NCBI GenBank assembly: GCA_951406725.2
Contig: OX597817.1
Span: forward strand, 129,704,001-129,768,000
From: Octopus vulgaris
Lineage: Eukaryota
Length of the DNA stretch: 64,000 nt
Reading direction: 5' to 3'
In this document: positions 40,741-53,409 of the stretch, one piece after another
How positions within the stretch are numbered: the stretch's first letter is position 1
Layout: the number at the start of each line of letters is the position of its first letter
Notes under the pieces: model-generated
Seen by the model: the letters and a program-made list of their open reading frames with translations, nothing else
Told to the model about the DNA's origin: nothing
The model's database searches: none
Translations under genes and position numbers: made by a program

Positions 40741-41135
40741 GGTTGCAAATTTTTACACAAGGCTAGCAATTTCAGGGAAATGGGTAAGTCGATAATATCG
40801 ACCCCAGCGTTCAGCTGGCACTTATTTTATTGATCCCTATAGGATGAAAGGCAAAATCGACCTCGGTGAAATTTGATCTCAGAACGTAAAGACGGGCGAA
40901 ATACAGCTAAGCACTTTGCAATCATTTTTAATATTATCATCTTTTAAAAGGCGCCGAGAAAAATTCTTAGAAGCATTTCGTTTGTCGTTACGCTCTGAGT
41001 TGAAATTCCGCTTTGGTCGACTTTGCCTTTCATCCTTTTGGATCGATAAAACAAGCACCAGTTGAACACTGGGGTAGATGTAATCGACTTAACCTCTCCC
41101 TCCAAATTGCTGGTTTTGTGCCAAAGTTTGAAACC
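40741..41135. mobile_element. Head-to-head pair of family B SINEs (40741-40918 minus, 40949-41135 plus)
   Basis: Both contain the GCCTTTCATCCT core and the AAA.TTGAAACC-type tail in opposite orientations. Confidence 0.8.
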
Positions 41136-42786
41136 AATATTGTCATCTTTAAGAGTCCAGATATATTTTGATAGTAAAATAACGACGTTTCTTACTCAGC
41201 GTCTGAATATGCCTGTGTGCGCATGTGTGTGATAAGCGTGTAACAAAGAGAAGAAGAAGAAGAAGAGGACGTGGGTTAAGTGGGAGCAGAAGAAATAGAG
41301 AAAGAGAAAACGAATACGAAGAAGAAAGATGAGCAAAGCTAAAATATATCGGATGAGGTGGATCGATAACAAGCAAACCCGCAGTTGCCGGCACCTAGTT
41401 AATGGTCAAGTGAGGAGTCATTGCAGGGTGTAGATAGCCTCAAGCTAGGGCTGAGTGTTGTGTTGGAAATGCTCCACATTTTTAACTTTCCATGTTCGGT
41501 AATAATAAAATCCAATTTTACATCAATCTGAAGGGCTACTCAATACCTTTCTACAGTACAAATTTATTATGCTTTAAACAAGAATAGTCTCGATAGCGAC
41601 TTCGAAGTTTCGGTCAGCTAGGCCATCTTCATACTGTATGTATGTATGTATGTATGTATGTACGTATGTATGTATGTATGTATGTATGTATGTATGTATG
41701 TATGTATGTATGTATGTATGTATGTATGTATGTATGTATGTATGTATATATGTATGTATGTATGTATATGAGGGGGTGCTCCAAAAAACCGGAATTTCGC
41801 AATACTACTTTATTTACTTATTTTTACATCGTTACACTTTTACATCCACTAGAGGATTTAAGTAAAATTATACAAATGTGTCCGACTGATTAAATTAGTT
41901 CTATTTTATTTGTTTATGCAGATGACGATAGCTCTACATTTAAATTGATGTAATGATTGCATTGTTCAATTAAATGGAGTCGCTTGAAACGCTCTGGATA
42001 TCCTGTTGCTTATTTTGATTTTATTTTGAAATTGTACGGATAATACCGCACTAATGTTTGGTACCTCAGCTTAAGTATCTAATTCAGCTAATATGAATTA
42101 GATACTATATACATGACCATGGATTGCACATAGAAAGTACTCTTCGTCTTCCAAGTTAGTTTTATCTTAATAATTCTGATGCGCACTCTATACGATCTTT
42201 TTGCTCTTTCGTTTTTCTCTCTTTCTCTCTCTTATTCTTTTACCTCCTCTTCTCCCACTATTCAATCCTATTACTCTGCCACGCTCTCTCCCTCACTCCT
42301 CCTCCCTTACTCCTCCTCCCTTGCTCATGTGGCTCCAACGTGATCATCGGCCATCTTTCTTTCATCTCCTAACTTGTATTTCTTTCTTTCTCTCTGTTGT
42401 AGCTGGAACAAGGCGGACTTGTTCTTGTCTGTCTCCTATCCAAGCTTGATTTCGCCAGCACAACCTCATTTAGGCTTCGCAGTCCTTCCTGTTAGTTTTC
42501 ACTGTCCTGTTTGTGTTACCAATTTTGACCCTCCGCAAAATCCCAAATTTTATTTAATTTGCTTTGCGAGAGCAACTGTTTTATCGAAAGCGTATATTGT
42601 TGTTAAATGCTCGAAATACGAGACTAGAAAAACTGTCAAAAACTGATGAAGGGTCGTTCTTTATGTTGTTTGTCTTGTTTTCCATTTGTGTCTTTCGTTG
42701 TTCAAAAAAAATAGTTCATATTCCATGTACTCGTACATCGTATTTCTTTTTGTTGTACACGTTTCGTGACGTCCTGTGCCGACATA

Positions 42787-42845
<59 letters not shown>

Positions 42846-42884
42846 TTATAGATGAAAGTATGTATATGTATGTATGTCTATATG

Positions 42885-42921
<37 letters not shown>

Positions 42922-42982
42922 CTGTGTGTCTGTGTGTGTGTGTGTCTGTGTGTGTGTGTGTGCGTATATGCATTTGTGTTTG

Positions 42983-43014
<32 letters not shown>

Positions 43015-43781
43015 ATATATATGCGTGTCTGTGTGTGTGTCTACATATACATACAATGATCAACAACATAAACAATATTTAAATTATTCCACAGGCATAA
43101 GCTTCCAACATAAACAAAACAATAAAAAACACTCAGACTTCACTTTCCCCTTCCCTCACCATACCAGCTCCTCACCCTAATCCATAATATAATGGGTAGA
43201 GACGACTATTAAAGCTACGTGCTTTTAACTCCTACCACTATATCTTACAGTATTGTTGTCTTTTTCTATTTCTTTTTATGGGCTCTCTCCTTTTTTTCTC
43301 TATGTACTTCGGGAGTTTTCACGTATCAACAGGCAGATATGACATCACCATGGTTACCACTTGCAATAACAATGTAACAACAACAACAACAATGATCACA
43401 GCTACAACAACTTCAACAACGATAGATTTAGCAATAACAACAACTACAAATAAACATATACAAAAATGAGAAAGAAAAGGAATATGAACGACAATGACAT
43501 CAACAACAACAATACAGTGTCAACGAGGGAGCCCTGACGTGGTTTCGTCGCCAACCGACCACCCAACCATGAGAAAGGGCGAACTTGTTGCATCGTAGAT
43601 TAAAGTAAACAGGAGAATAGTTATTTTATTTCTACATATTTTCATCAGTTATTCAGAGAAAGCGGGACAGTGCTCATGTGTTTTGGAAGGCCTTTCAGAA
43701 TAGAGAAATTAATGCAGGCCCTGTTCATATGAAGCATCTATAACTTGATCCCTCTAAGAGATGTATTTGGTGAGAGAGAGG

Positions 43782-43822
<41 letters not shown>

Positions 43823-44015
43823 TTGGAGGCTTTCTGCAGTTGTAATTGGTGTTTAGCCCAAACCAGCTCTTAATATGATCACAAACGTTCTTATGATCAA
43901 AGGCGTTCGAGTTAGGACCTTCTACCACATGTGATGTAGAATAAACCAATGACAAGACAGCGCGTATAATCATCTAATCATCTTCAATCCAGTTCAAGAA
44001 AGATTAGAGAACAGT

Positions 44016-44146
<131 letters not shown>

Positions 44147-44236
44147 ATTTATAGGATTGAGGTAACTCCTCCAGAAGATATACAAGCAAAAAAATAAGAG
44201 TGCCATTGTTATCAAGTGACACTTCTTTTTTTGGTA

Positions 44237-44304
<68 letters not shown>

Positions 44305-46859
44305 CAACGGCAAAAGAAGTGGAAGAATTCTGGAGAGAAATATGGTCGGCGAACGAACAATTAAAAAAAAAGGAGTATTAAAACAACAAACTCAGCATCT
44401 GAGAAACTTTGGACCTCCATAACAACTGAAGAGGTCACCCAGGCACTGCAAAGACTAAGCAACTGGAAGGCACCTGGGCATGATAAGATCCCCAACTCTG
44501 GTTGAAATATCTAACAGGAATGCACAAAAAGCTAGCTGAAAACTTTAACAACATACTAGCAGAGCCAGAGACAATGCCTGAATGGCTCACGAAGGGGAAA
44601 ACCATCTTCATTCCCAAATCAAATGAGACAGCAAAACCAGAAAACTACAGACCAATAACCTGTCTCCCTACGATGTACAAGGCATTTACTGCAGTGATAT
44701 CGCAAAGGTTGAACAAGCACCTAGACGAAAACAACCTGTTCCCCGAAGAGCAGAAAGGATGCCGCAAAGGCTCATATGGCTGTAAAGATCAACTAATGAT
44801 TAATAAAGCCATAACTGAAGACAGCCACAGAAAGAAGAAAGGCCTGAGTATGGCCTGGATCGATTACAAAAAGGCGTTTGATAGCATCCCCCACACATGG
44901 ATCCTCGAAACACTAGCAATTAACAAAGTAGCACCAACCATTATAAAATTCATAGGGCACTCTATGAATAAATTGCAAACAGTGCTACAGCTCCAAACAA
45001 AAGAGGGACTCATGAAAACCAAAGCCATCCCCATTAGAAGAGGAATATTCCAGGGAGACACGCTCTCTCCACTCCTTTTCTGCTTGGCACTGTCACCTCT
45101 ATCTGATATACTAAATAGAACTGGATGCGGATATAAATGTTACGGCAAAACGATCAGCCACCTTTTATATATGGATGACCTAAAACTATACGCTGCAAAT
45201 GACAAACAGCTGGAAACACTATTAAAGACAGTTCATGGATTTACCAAAGAAATAGATATGAAATTTGGATTAGAAAAATGCGCCAAAGTAACCATGAAAA
45301 GAGGAAAACTAGTTAAGAGTAGCAACATCACACTAGATAAAACCAATGAAATAAAAGAATTAGACCAAAGCCAAATTTGCAAATACTTAGGAATCCATGA
45401 ACTAGATAAGACACAAATCACACAAATGAAAGAGAAAATTAAAAAAGAATATTATAGACGAGTTAGATCAATACTAAAAACAGAGCTCAATGCTAAAAAC
45501 AAGATAATAGGTATTAACACTTTAGCTGTCCCAGTTATAAGTTACAGCTACAATATCCTTAACTGGACACTAAATGAACTGACCAAAATAGATAGGAAAA
45601 CAAGAAAAATAATGACAGGATCTAGGATGCATCATCCAAAATCTGACATAGAAAGACTATATATACAACGTATAGAAGGTGATAGAGGCCTTATACAGCT
45701 AGAAAACTACTATAAAATAACCACCATAGGACTGCAAAGATATTTACTTCAGAAGGAAGGAAAACTGATACAAATAGCGGCAAAACACGAGCAAAACAAA
45801 AAACTGTTCTCAGTATTTAAGGAAGCTGACAAATACAAACAAGAAATCATACCACCTAATAAATATGAAAAAAGAAGAAGAAGAAGAAGAAGAAGAAGAA
45901 GAAGAAGAAGAAGAAGAAGAAGAAGAAGAAGAAGAAGAAGAAGAAGAAACAAAAGCTATAAAACAAATGAAATCCAAACTAAAAATAGAACAGCAACGAA
46001 CCATGATAAAACGATGGCAAGAAAAGCCCCTTCATGGTAAATAGTGGACTAAACTAAACGCAAAAGAAATAGACAAAGAAAAATCCCAGCAATGGTTGAG
46101 AAGCTCATGACTCAAAGCAGAGACAGAGGGATTTTTAATTGCAGCACAAGACCAAAGCCTCCCCACCAGAAATTACCAAAAACATGTAATGAAAAGAAAT
46201 ATAACAAGTAACTGCAGAATATGTGGAGATGGACAAGAAACAATAAATCATATTATCTCTGGCTGCCCAGTCCTGGCTAAGAAGGAATATATTCACAGAC
46301 ATGACAGAGTTGGAACCTACATACATTGGAAGCTATGCCAACATTATGGAATAACAACAGAAAAACGATGGTATAGGCACACACCAGAAAAGGTCACAGA
46401 AAACGAGAAAGCAACCATACTCTGGGATATGCCGATACACACAGATAGAGAAATTAAGGCCAACAGACCAGATATAGTTGTCAGAGATCATGGAGAAAAA
46501 AAGCTTTCTAATTGATGTATCAATACCGGCAGATGACAACGTGTCTCTAAAAGAAATGGAGAAACTCTCAAAATACAAAGACCTGGAAATAGAGGTAACC
46601 AGAATGTGGAATCTAAAAACAGAAACAATTCCTATCATAGTAGGTCCATTAGGCATGATAAAATACATAACAAAAACACCAGGACTTACAAACACATATA
46701 ACATTCAGAAAATTGCACTATTAGGCACTGCACACATCCTACGCAGAACACTTTCCATACAATAACCATCAGAGCATCACAACAAATCACAGCACATATC
46801 TAAGGCACACAGAGCTGCGCTCGGTAGTGAAGTGAAAGCACGCTATAAAAATAAAACTA

Positions 46860-46862
<3 letters not shown>
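44305..46862 (+). mobile_element. R4/Dong-clade non-LTR retrotransposon, 5'-truncated, inserted in (TAA)n
   Basis: RT plus CCHC plus restriction-like endonuclease, ~100-bp 3' UTR ending AAAACTACTG, flanked by TAA arrays (44238-44304, 46863-46926). TAA targeting is the known Dong preference. Confidence 0.92.
44502..46765 (+). pseudogene. Disrupted RT / zinc knuckle / REL endonuclease polyprotein
   Basis: YRPITCLPTMYK, WIDYKKAFDSIPH, GIFQGDTLSPLLF, YMDD, KYLG, CRICG..ETINHIISGC, RHD, NRPDIVV, LIDVSIP..EKLSKY. Frameshifts near 45870 and 46500, stops at 46042 and 46108. Confidence 0.92.
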
Positions 46863-46926
<64 letters not shown>

Positions 46927-46927
<1 letters not shown>

Positions 46928-47138
46928 AAAAGATTTGTTGAATGTCATGCAAGAATAGCTGCGCAACTCAACACCTTGTTAATCGCCGACCAAGTAATAC
47001 CAGAGTGGTTGACATTGGGTAGGACAAAGCTGTGCCTGAAAAATATCGAAGAAGGTAATACGGTAGTCAATTACAGGCCGATATCCTGTTTGCCCCGTGT
47101 GGAAGCTGTTGACTGGAATACTCGCAGAGTCAACGTAC

Positions 47139-47140
<2 letters not shown>
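46927..47140 (+). pseudogene. Internal RT fragment of a second R4/Dong-like subfamily
   Basis: KRFVECHARIAAQLNTLL..VIPEWLTLGRTKLCLK...NYRPISCLP / WKLLTGILAE, homologous to but diverged from the start of ORF 44502. Confidence 0.75.
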
Positions 47141-47216
<76 letters not shown>

Positions 47217-47269
47217 TATTTATATATATATCACCAACTCCGAAAAAATGAAACGCAGAATTGGTTTCG

Positions 47270-47520
47270 GCAGAATTTGAATTCAGAACGTATGGACGAA
47301 CGAAATATTGCTAAGCATTTTGTTCAGAGCGTTAACTATTCTGCTAGCTCTCCACAGTTAAGATAATGATTTCTCCCTTAGGTGCAAGACCAGCAAGTTT
47401 GAAAGGAATGGAATAGTCGATAACATTGATCCCAGTACTTAACTCATGCTATATTTTATCGACTCGGAAATTATGAAAAGCAAAGTTGATCTCAGCGGGA
47501 TTTGAACTCAGAACGTAGAG
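47270..47520 (-). mobile_element. Two partial family B SINEs
   Basis: GAATTTGAATTCAGAACGTA and GGATTTGAACTCAGAACGTA motifs plus core remnants. Confidence 0.6.
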
Positions 47521-47699
47521 AAAAAAAGCCCTATAGTGTCAGGCGCAATAATGTGTCTGTTAACCCACTAAACGTTTATTAGCATATTTAATGACCATGT
47601 ATTCAATTATTATTATTTTTTAAATATGCTTAAACCTTTACCTGTCTGAAGCATTTTCATCGGTTTGTCCAAAACATTCACGCTTGCTTTAAGATCTTT

Positions 47700-48000
47700 T
47701 GCTAGCTCTTGTTTATAATTTCTGAGTAATACAAAGTTTTCCTTTCATAAGTCCCAAGATCTCTAGTGATTGAAACAATGGGAATGTGTACCATTTATGA
47801 TCCATGGACACCAGAAAATATGTCCTGCGTATCACAGGACAGGCATAGATTAAAACTTTTCAATCATTTATCATTTAAGACACATCTAGGTTTTTAATTA
47901 TTTAGACAGATTTCGAATCAGACTTCCTTATAACGATTTTCGTATATACAACACAATCATTTGTTTGTCTTCTATGTTTCCCTCATGTACTTTGAGACAG
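47700..48000 (-). pseudogene. Possible very old L1/Tx1-like ORF2 3' remnant
   Basis: Only NLCLSCD followed in an adjacent frame by HIFWCP (CCHC-like) at about 47801-47850. Confidence 0.25.
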
Positions 48001-48479
48001 TACTTTTCAATTTTATCGTTAAACTAGTTTACTTCCCAATCTATCCAGTTTTGCTTTTTTTAAACATTCTATTTAGCACCAAACCTCACAATTTCCCAGG
48101 AAATCAGTTTAAAGTTACAACCTACAAAAACAGTTATTTCACTTTTCTGAAAATAATCCCTTGTTACAAAACATTTTATGGAATAAAAAAATAATTATTA
48201 AATACTTGTTTCAACATCTGTAAATAGTCTATTTCGCCCCACATCTCTCTGTATACCCATTTGTCCTAAAGTTATGGTAGGTCGCTTTGTTCATTCCGGT
48301 TTTAAGTCTTTATTCTCCCAATTCTTAACAATCAAAATGTAGGTCTCTTTACAGTTAACATCACATATCAGAATCTGAAAATTCAAATACACAAATATTT
48401 TCTTTACTTAATTAAATAAACTGTGTCTCATTGACCGGTCTCCCAAAAGGAGAAGGACATATTCTAATTTTGTTTTGAA

Positions 48480-48720
48480 ATTTCGGGAGTGTCAGCTTAG
48501 ACTGTTTGTGCATGTCACTCCATTTACCGAGTTGAATCCTGACAACCGTGTTCTCTTCTCTGAGGATCCGACTGGGATGACGGCTCGTCTTGGTCGGCCA
48601 CATGCCTCAAAGTCATGGTTTGGTTTCTTGGTTTCAAGCACTTGTTTGATGGAGCTGGGGCTATTCCAAGTTAGTGGTCCCAGAGGCGTCATCATGCGTA
48701 GAGCCGACCATGTCAACCAG
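48480..48720 (+). pseudogene. RTE-clade LINE C-terminal fragment
   Basis: RECQLRLFVHV...NPDNRVLFSEDPTG..ARLGRP..SW resembles the RTE RERQLRLFGHV...DP..W.R.RGRP..W tail. Confidence 0.6.
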
Positions 48721-48737
48721 TGCTCTCCATCGCCATG

Positions 48738-48962
48738 TCCGGTAAGTTCACCGTCATCAGTTCACCGCAAGGAAAGTTCACCGTCATCAATCCAGCGTTT
48801 TCTTCCTCTTTTTTTTTTTTTGTTCAATAAAATAGTCTAGTAATGATGAGACACAATGGATATATTTTCTCGGTAAACTTTCCTGGCGGGGAATTTTCTT
48901 CCTGGTGAATTAATAACGGTGAACTTTCCCTGTGGTGAATTGATGACGGTGAACTTACCTGT
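48738..48962. mobile_element. Small foldback/MITE with tandem subterminal repeats
   Basis: GGTAAGTTCACCGTCATCA(G/A)TTCACC.CA.GGAAAGTTCACCGT inverted at both ends (about 55 bp), AT-rich core. Confidence 0.7.
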
Positions 48963-48964
48963 AA

Positions 48965-49182
48965 TCTTCCATCGCTGGCGGTCCCATGCCAGCCCATCTG
49001 CATCCTCCAAGGTGACGCCGAGATGGTCATGGCAGATGAGGAAGTATCTTGCGGAGTTGGGAATTGAATGGGACAGTGGTGGGAGGGTGGATCGGAACAA
49101 CTTCAGCAGATACCCAGAAATGGTGGATACAGCGATGCACTGCAACGGCGCATGCCAACCCCCACCAACTGATCTAACCTTT
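48965..49182. pseudogene. RTE-like 3' end fragments in both orientations
   Basis: Minus: GVTLEDADGLAWDRQRWK. Plus: PRWSWQ...ELGIEW...VDTAMHCNGAC followed by a CTGATCTAACCT tail. Confidence 0.5.
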
Positions 49183-49257
49183 TAGGGCGTGATCAATAGC
49201 AATTTGTATTATAAAAGATCCTTTAATAACACTTTTTAAATAACATTTAAATAACAT

Positions 49258-49470
49258 AGGTGCAGGCGTTCGGTGTAATAGTAAGCATGCTCCTAACCAC
49301 ACGGTTCCAGCTTCAGTTTCGCTACATCATAGCACCTTGGGCAAGTGTTTTCTCTTATAGCCTCGGGCTGACCAAAGCCTTGGGAGTGTATTTGATAGAT
49401 GGAAACTGAAAGAAGCCCGTCGTATATATATATATACACACACACATAAGTGTTTGTGTCTATGTTCGTC
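49258..49470 (+). mobile_element. SINE family A, 5' half
   Basis: CACCTTGGGCAAGTGT...GACCAAAGCCTTG...GGAAACTGAAAGAAGCCCGTCG. Confidence 0.7.
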
Positions 49471-49732
49471 GCATAACTGGTAAGCCGGTTCCTGACGCAG
49501 TTCCACCGTGCTTATCTTTAATTCAATTCGAAAGAGAATTAAAAAAACTGAGAACGATGTTGCTTTAAGCGTAAATAGAAAAAACTAATGAGGAAATATG
49601 AAACATCAAGGAAAAAATTGCCCTTCAAGAATTTGGATAGACAAATACATCAGTTTTTATCTCTATATTTTTGTCTTTGTTTCAGCCGTGTCTTAATATA
49701 ACATATTTAAATGTAAAGTAGTTCCCTTTATA

Positions 49733-50611
49733 CGTAGTCTGATCAATAAGAATCAGAACTGTTGCCATAGTAACGAAGCTAACTCACACAGAGTGAAACC
49801 GCTTGGCACTGATTGATCTTGAACTCTGCTCTGCATGCGCACAAAGTTTTAACATTCTAGCTCACTTCCGCTGTTTACAGTAGTACTTGGAAGGAAGATG
49901 TGTAGCGTGTGGTCGTTGCATTGAACATGACAGAGAAAGTTGAGAAGAGAATCTGCAGCAAATTTTGCCAAAAGCTCGCTGATACCTGCTCAGAGGCCTA
50001 CGCAAAGTTTTCAAAAATTTTTCATCATTCTCGACACAGCCAAGATCTTGTGCAACTGAAACGCAAGTGTCTTTTTCGTCAGCTGAAAGCAGATTTGACA
50101 CAAACTTGGCGGACACGTGTCTCATACCCAAATCTTCAGTGATAATGGACTGAACTGAACCGTAACTAATCTGCACATCCTCTGAAAACTCACAGATAGT
50201 GATTCGACAATTTCCTCTCACAACTGTACAAATCTGCGATGTTTTTTCTCAGTTCAGCTAGTTGAGGGTCTCCCAGAACGTTCGTCAATATCGCCTTGAT
50301 TTCAGCCATATTGGGAACGTCTGAACCACTTGTTCACTTGTCTGCGGCTCATACACTCCTCTCCATACACTTTCTGCAACTTTTTGAGTAGGTATCGCTA
50401 TGACATCTTTCTATCATGGTCAATGCAACGTTCACATGCTACACACCTTCCTTCCAAGCACTGCTGTAAACAGCGGAAGTGGGCTAGAACGTTAAAACTT
50501 GGTGAGCATGCACAGCAGAGTTCAAGGTCAATCTTTGTCCAGCGGATTCACTCTGTGTGCTTTAGCTTCGTTACTATAGCAACAGTCCGGATACTTATTG
50601 ATCAGACCTCG
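49733..50611. mobile_element. Non-autonomous mariner derivative made of two inverted 5' ends
   Basis: TA flanks and ~205-bp inverted arms (CG..GTCTGATCAATAAG...). Plus: MTEKVEKRICSKFCQKL. Minus: VYGEECMSRRQVNKWF..RSGRPSTS...RITICEFSEDVQISYGSVQSIITEDLGMRHVSAKFVSNLL (HTH region plus WVPxxL-like motif). No catalytic domain. Confidence 0.85.
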
Positions 50612-50658
50612 TATATGTAATTGCGTTATCTGTGTGTGAAGAAAGGATGATCGATAGA

Positions 50659-50769
<111 letters not shown>

Positions 50770-50937
50770 CCTGAGAAAGTGAGAGAGATATAGGGGAGAG
50801 AGGGGGGAGAGTAAAGTAGGGTATCAGTAGAATCAAACCAATGCCAAACCAGTGCAAGTAGAAAATGTTCACATAATTATGTATGAAAGAGTTAAAAACA
50901 ACAGCCACCACCACCACCACCACAACAACAACAACAA

Positions 50938-50982
<45 letters not shown>

Positions 50983-51429
50983 CGTCAGTTCTTTTTTTTT
51001 TTTCACAAAAGGGAAACATTAAATATAGATAAACGTGTTTCTTTCACTATTTCTACATTTATTGTTTTAATCTTTTAAAATATTCTCAGTTAATGTATTT
51101 TTCTCCGTTTTTTTTTTTCTTTTCTCCTATTATTATGTTTTTACAGATAAAATATTATTTTACTGTTTTCGGGTAAATCTGTTGAGAGATATAAAGGCAG
51201 GGCTTTTATTTATAGATGCCTTATTCGTCGGCATTTGTTATTATAGTGAATTCCTTCTGCTGTATTGTTTCTGTACAATCTTATATCATCGCTATTACAC
51301 TTCAATTGGCGCTGATATAATTAAGTTTCTCCACCACATTGCTCCCAAACATCGAACTATTGTTTACTTCTGAACATTGCCTTCACCCTCACTCTTTACA
51401 CCCACTGCAGACGTTATTGCAACAGACGT

Positions 51430-51925
51430 TTTACCTCTTTTACTACCATCACTATGGTTCACCGCTGCGACCACCGCTGTTGCTGCCGCTGCTGCTACCG
51501 CTGCTACCGCCGCCGCTGTCGCTAATTGTATAATCGGCATAAACAACACCACTTCTTATTACCAACTTTTTATCGCAATAATCATTGACAGCACCCCACC
51601 ACCACCACCACCACCACCACCACTATCATCACTACAACCTCCACCACAACTTGCATCCCCACCGACATCCCGCCCCCACCATTATCACCTCCACCGTTAT
51701 CACCACCACCACCATCCTCCACCACTATCACTATCAAAACCACAACAATCACAGCCACCACCAGCGCCACCATCGTCACCACTACCACCACCACCACCAC
51801 AGCTACTGTCGCCACCACCGCCGCCGCCGCCAGATTTGCCTTCCTCAACCAATCCTGCCATCACCACCATCATAAAAAACATAATAACAACACCACAACC
51901 ACCATTACTATCACCGCAACAGCAT

Positions 51926-51973
<48 letters not shown>

Positions 51974-52130
51974 TACTACTACCATCACCACAACAACAAT
52001 ATCACCACCACAACCACCTCTACCAAAACAACAACAACCACTGTTAAAACATCACCCACATCACTACTACTATTACTGTCGTCGCTGTTACCACCGCTGT
52101 CACAACCACCATCATCTCCCCCCATTAGGA
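51430..52130. repeat. Trinucleotide low-complexity mosaic (CAC/CCG/CTA/CAA)
   Basis: Directly visible. Accounts for the Pro/Thr/His/Tyr-run ORFs. Confidence 0.85.
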
Positions 52131-52283
52131 AAATACACACACACACACACACACAAACACTTACCGTCGCGCAACGCTACCACCACTGTAACCTCCGCAC
52201 CACCTTCTGTTGACACGAAGTCTCTTTTCTCCCCAGACATAAACAACCTGGAATGCATTATTTCTGCTCGAAACTAATGTTTT

Positions 52284-52325
<42 letters not shown>

Positions 52326-52436
52326 GAGGAGGAGGAGGAGGAGGAGGAGGAGGGGGAGGAGGGGAGAAACTGCAGCAGCAGTATAATAATAATAATAATA
52401 ATAATAATAATTATAATTATAATTATTATTATTATT

Positions 52437-53240
52437 GAGTGAGAGAGCAGTGCATGCCATCAAAGTAAGCCCATCATGACTACCCGTCTGATAAGGGTAC
52501 ACAAGGTACATGCATCACAACCATATGTGCGCGACATGGTGATCTCATATCAAGATAAACAGCACATGACCTTGCAGGTGGGGCCTAGTTAGAATTTTCT
52601 TCTGGTCGAGTAGCCCATCCCAGTCAACTGGTCCCTGAATAAGGGTTGTTTAAGGATGTTGAACAAAACACCCATGTTTCCAGATGTGAATTATCCAAAC
52701 CCCAGAGAATCCCTCTCGACACAGGGTTATGATGCTCCCCCAATATACCCATCAAGACTACCCGTCTTATAAGGGTACACCAGGCACATGCATCACAACC
52801 ATATGTGCGCGACATGGTGATCTCATATCAAGATAAACAGCACATGACCTTGCAGGTGGGGCCCAGTTAGAATTTTCTTAAGGTTGAGTAGCCCATGCCA
52901 CTCAAAAGGTCCCTGAATAAGGGTTGTTTAAGGATGTTGAAAGAACCACCCATGTTTCCAGAGGTGAATTATTCAAACCCCAACGAATCCCTCTCAACAC
53001 ATGCCTATGATGCTCCCCACTACTTCTGCTCGTGATCAGAGATGCACATATCGTCAGCCACTAAGGGACATGCTCAACTGGTTATGGTCAAACAACTGAC
53101 AAGCAAACCTGTGGTATTGAGCAGAATATTTTCTCTAGCCCATCTTTTATACCAAGACAAAACAATGTACATGATAACACTTCCAATTACTTAAGATCAG
53201 AAGCCACGAGAGCCACTTCCTGGTACTGCATCAGGGCATG
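52437..53240. mobile_element. Non-coding element embedded in (ATT)n with a 278-bp internal tandem duplication
   Basis: Complex sequence bounded by ATT/GTT arrays. 52471-52741 repeats at 52749-53018. No TIR or convincing ORF. Confidence 0.6.
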
Positions 53241-53243
53241 TTG

Positions 53244-53299
<56 letters not shown>

Positions 53300-53322
53300 G
53301 TTGTTGTTGTTGTTGTTGTTGT

Positions 53323-53356
<34 letters not shown>

Positions 53357-53409
53357 CATTGTCGTCGTCGTCGTAATAGTATTAGTAGTATTAGTAGTAG
53401 TAGCAGTAG

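Noticed and set aside
42640-42700. CTGATGA in a TA-abutting repeat as a hammerhead
   Set aside because: No GAAA or helix II follows.
44502-46040. Intact 512-aa RT gene with poly-Arg tail
   Set aside because: The element is 5'-truncated, the poly-Arg results from a frameshift into (GAA)n, and there are downstream stops.
51377-52213. 278-aa Pro-rich extensin/formin-like protein
   Set aside because: Trinucleotide mosaic open in several frames, with no domain or splice evidence.
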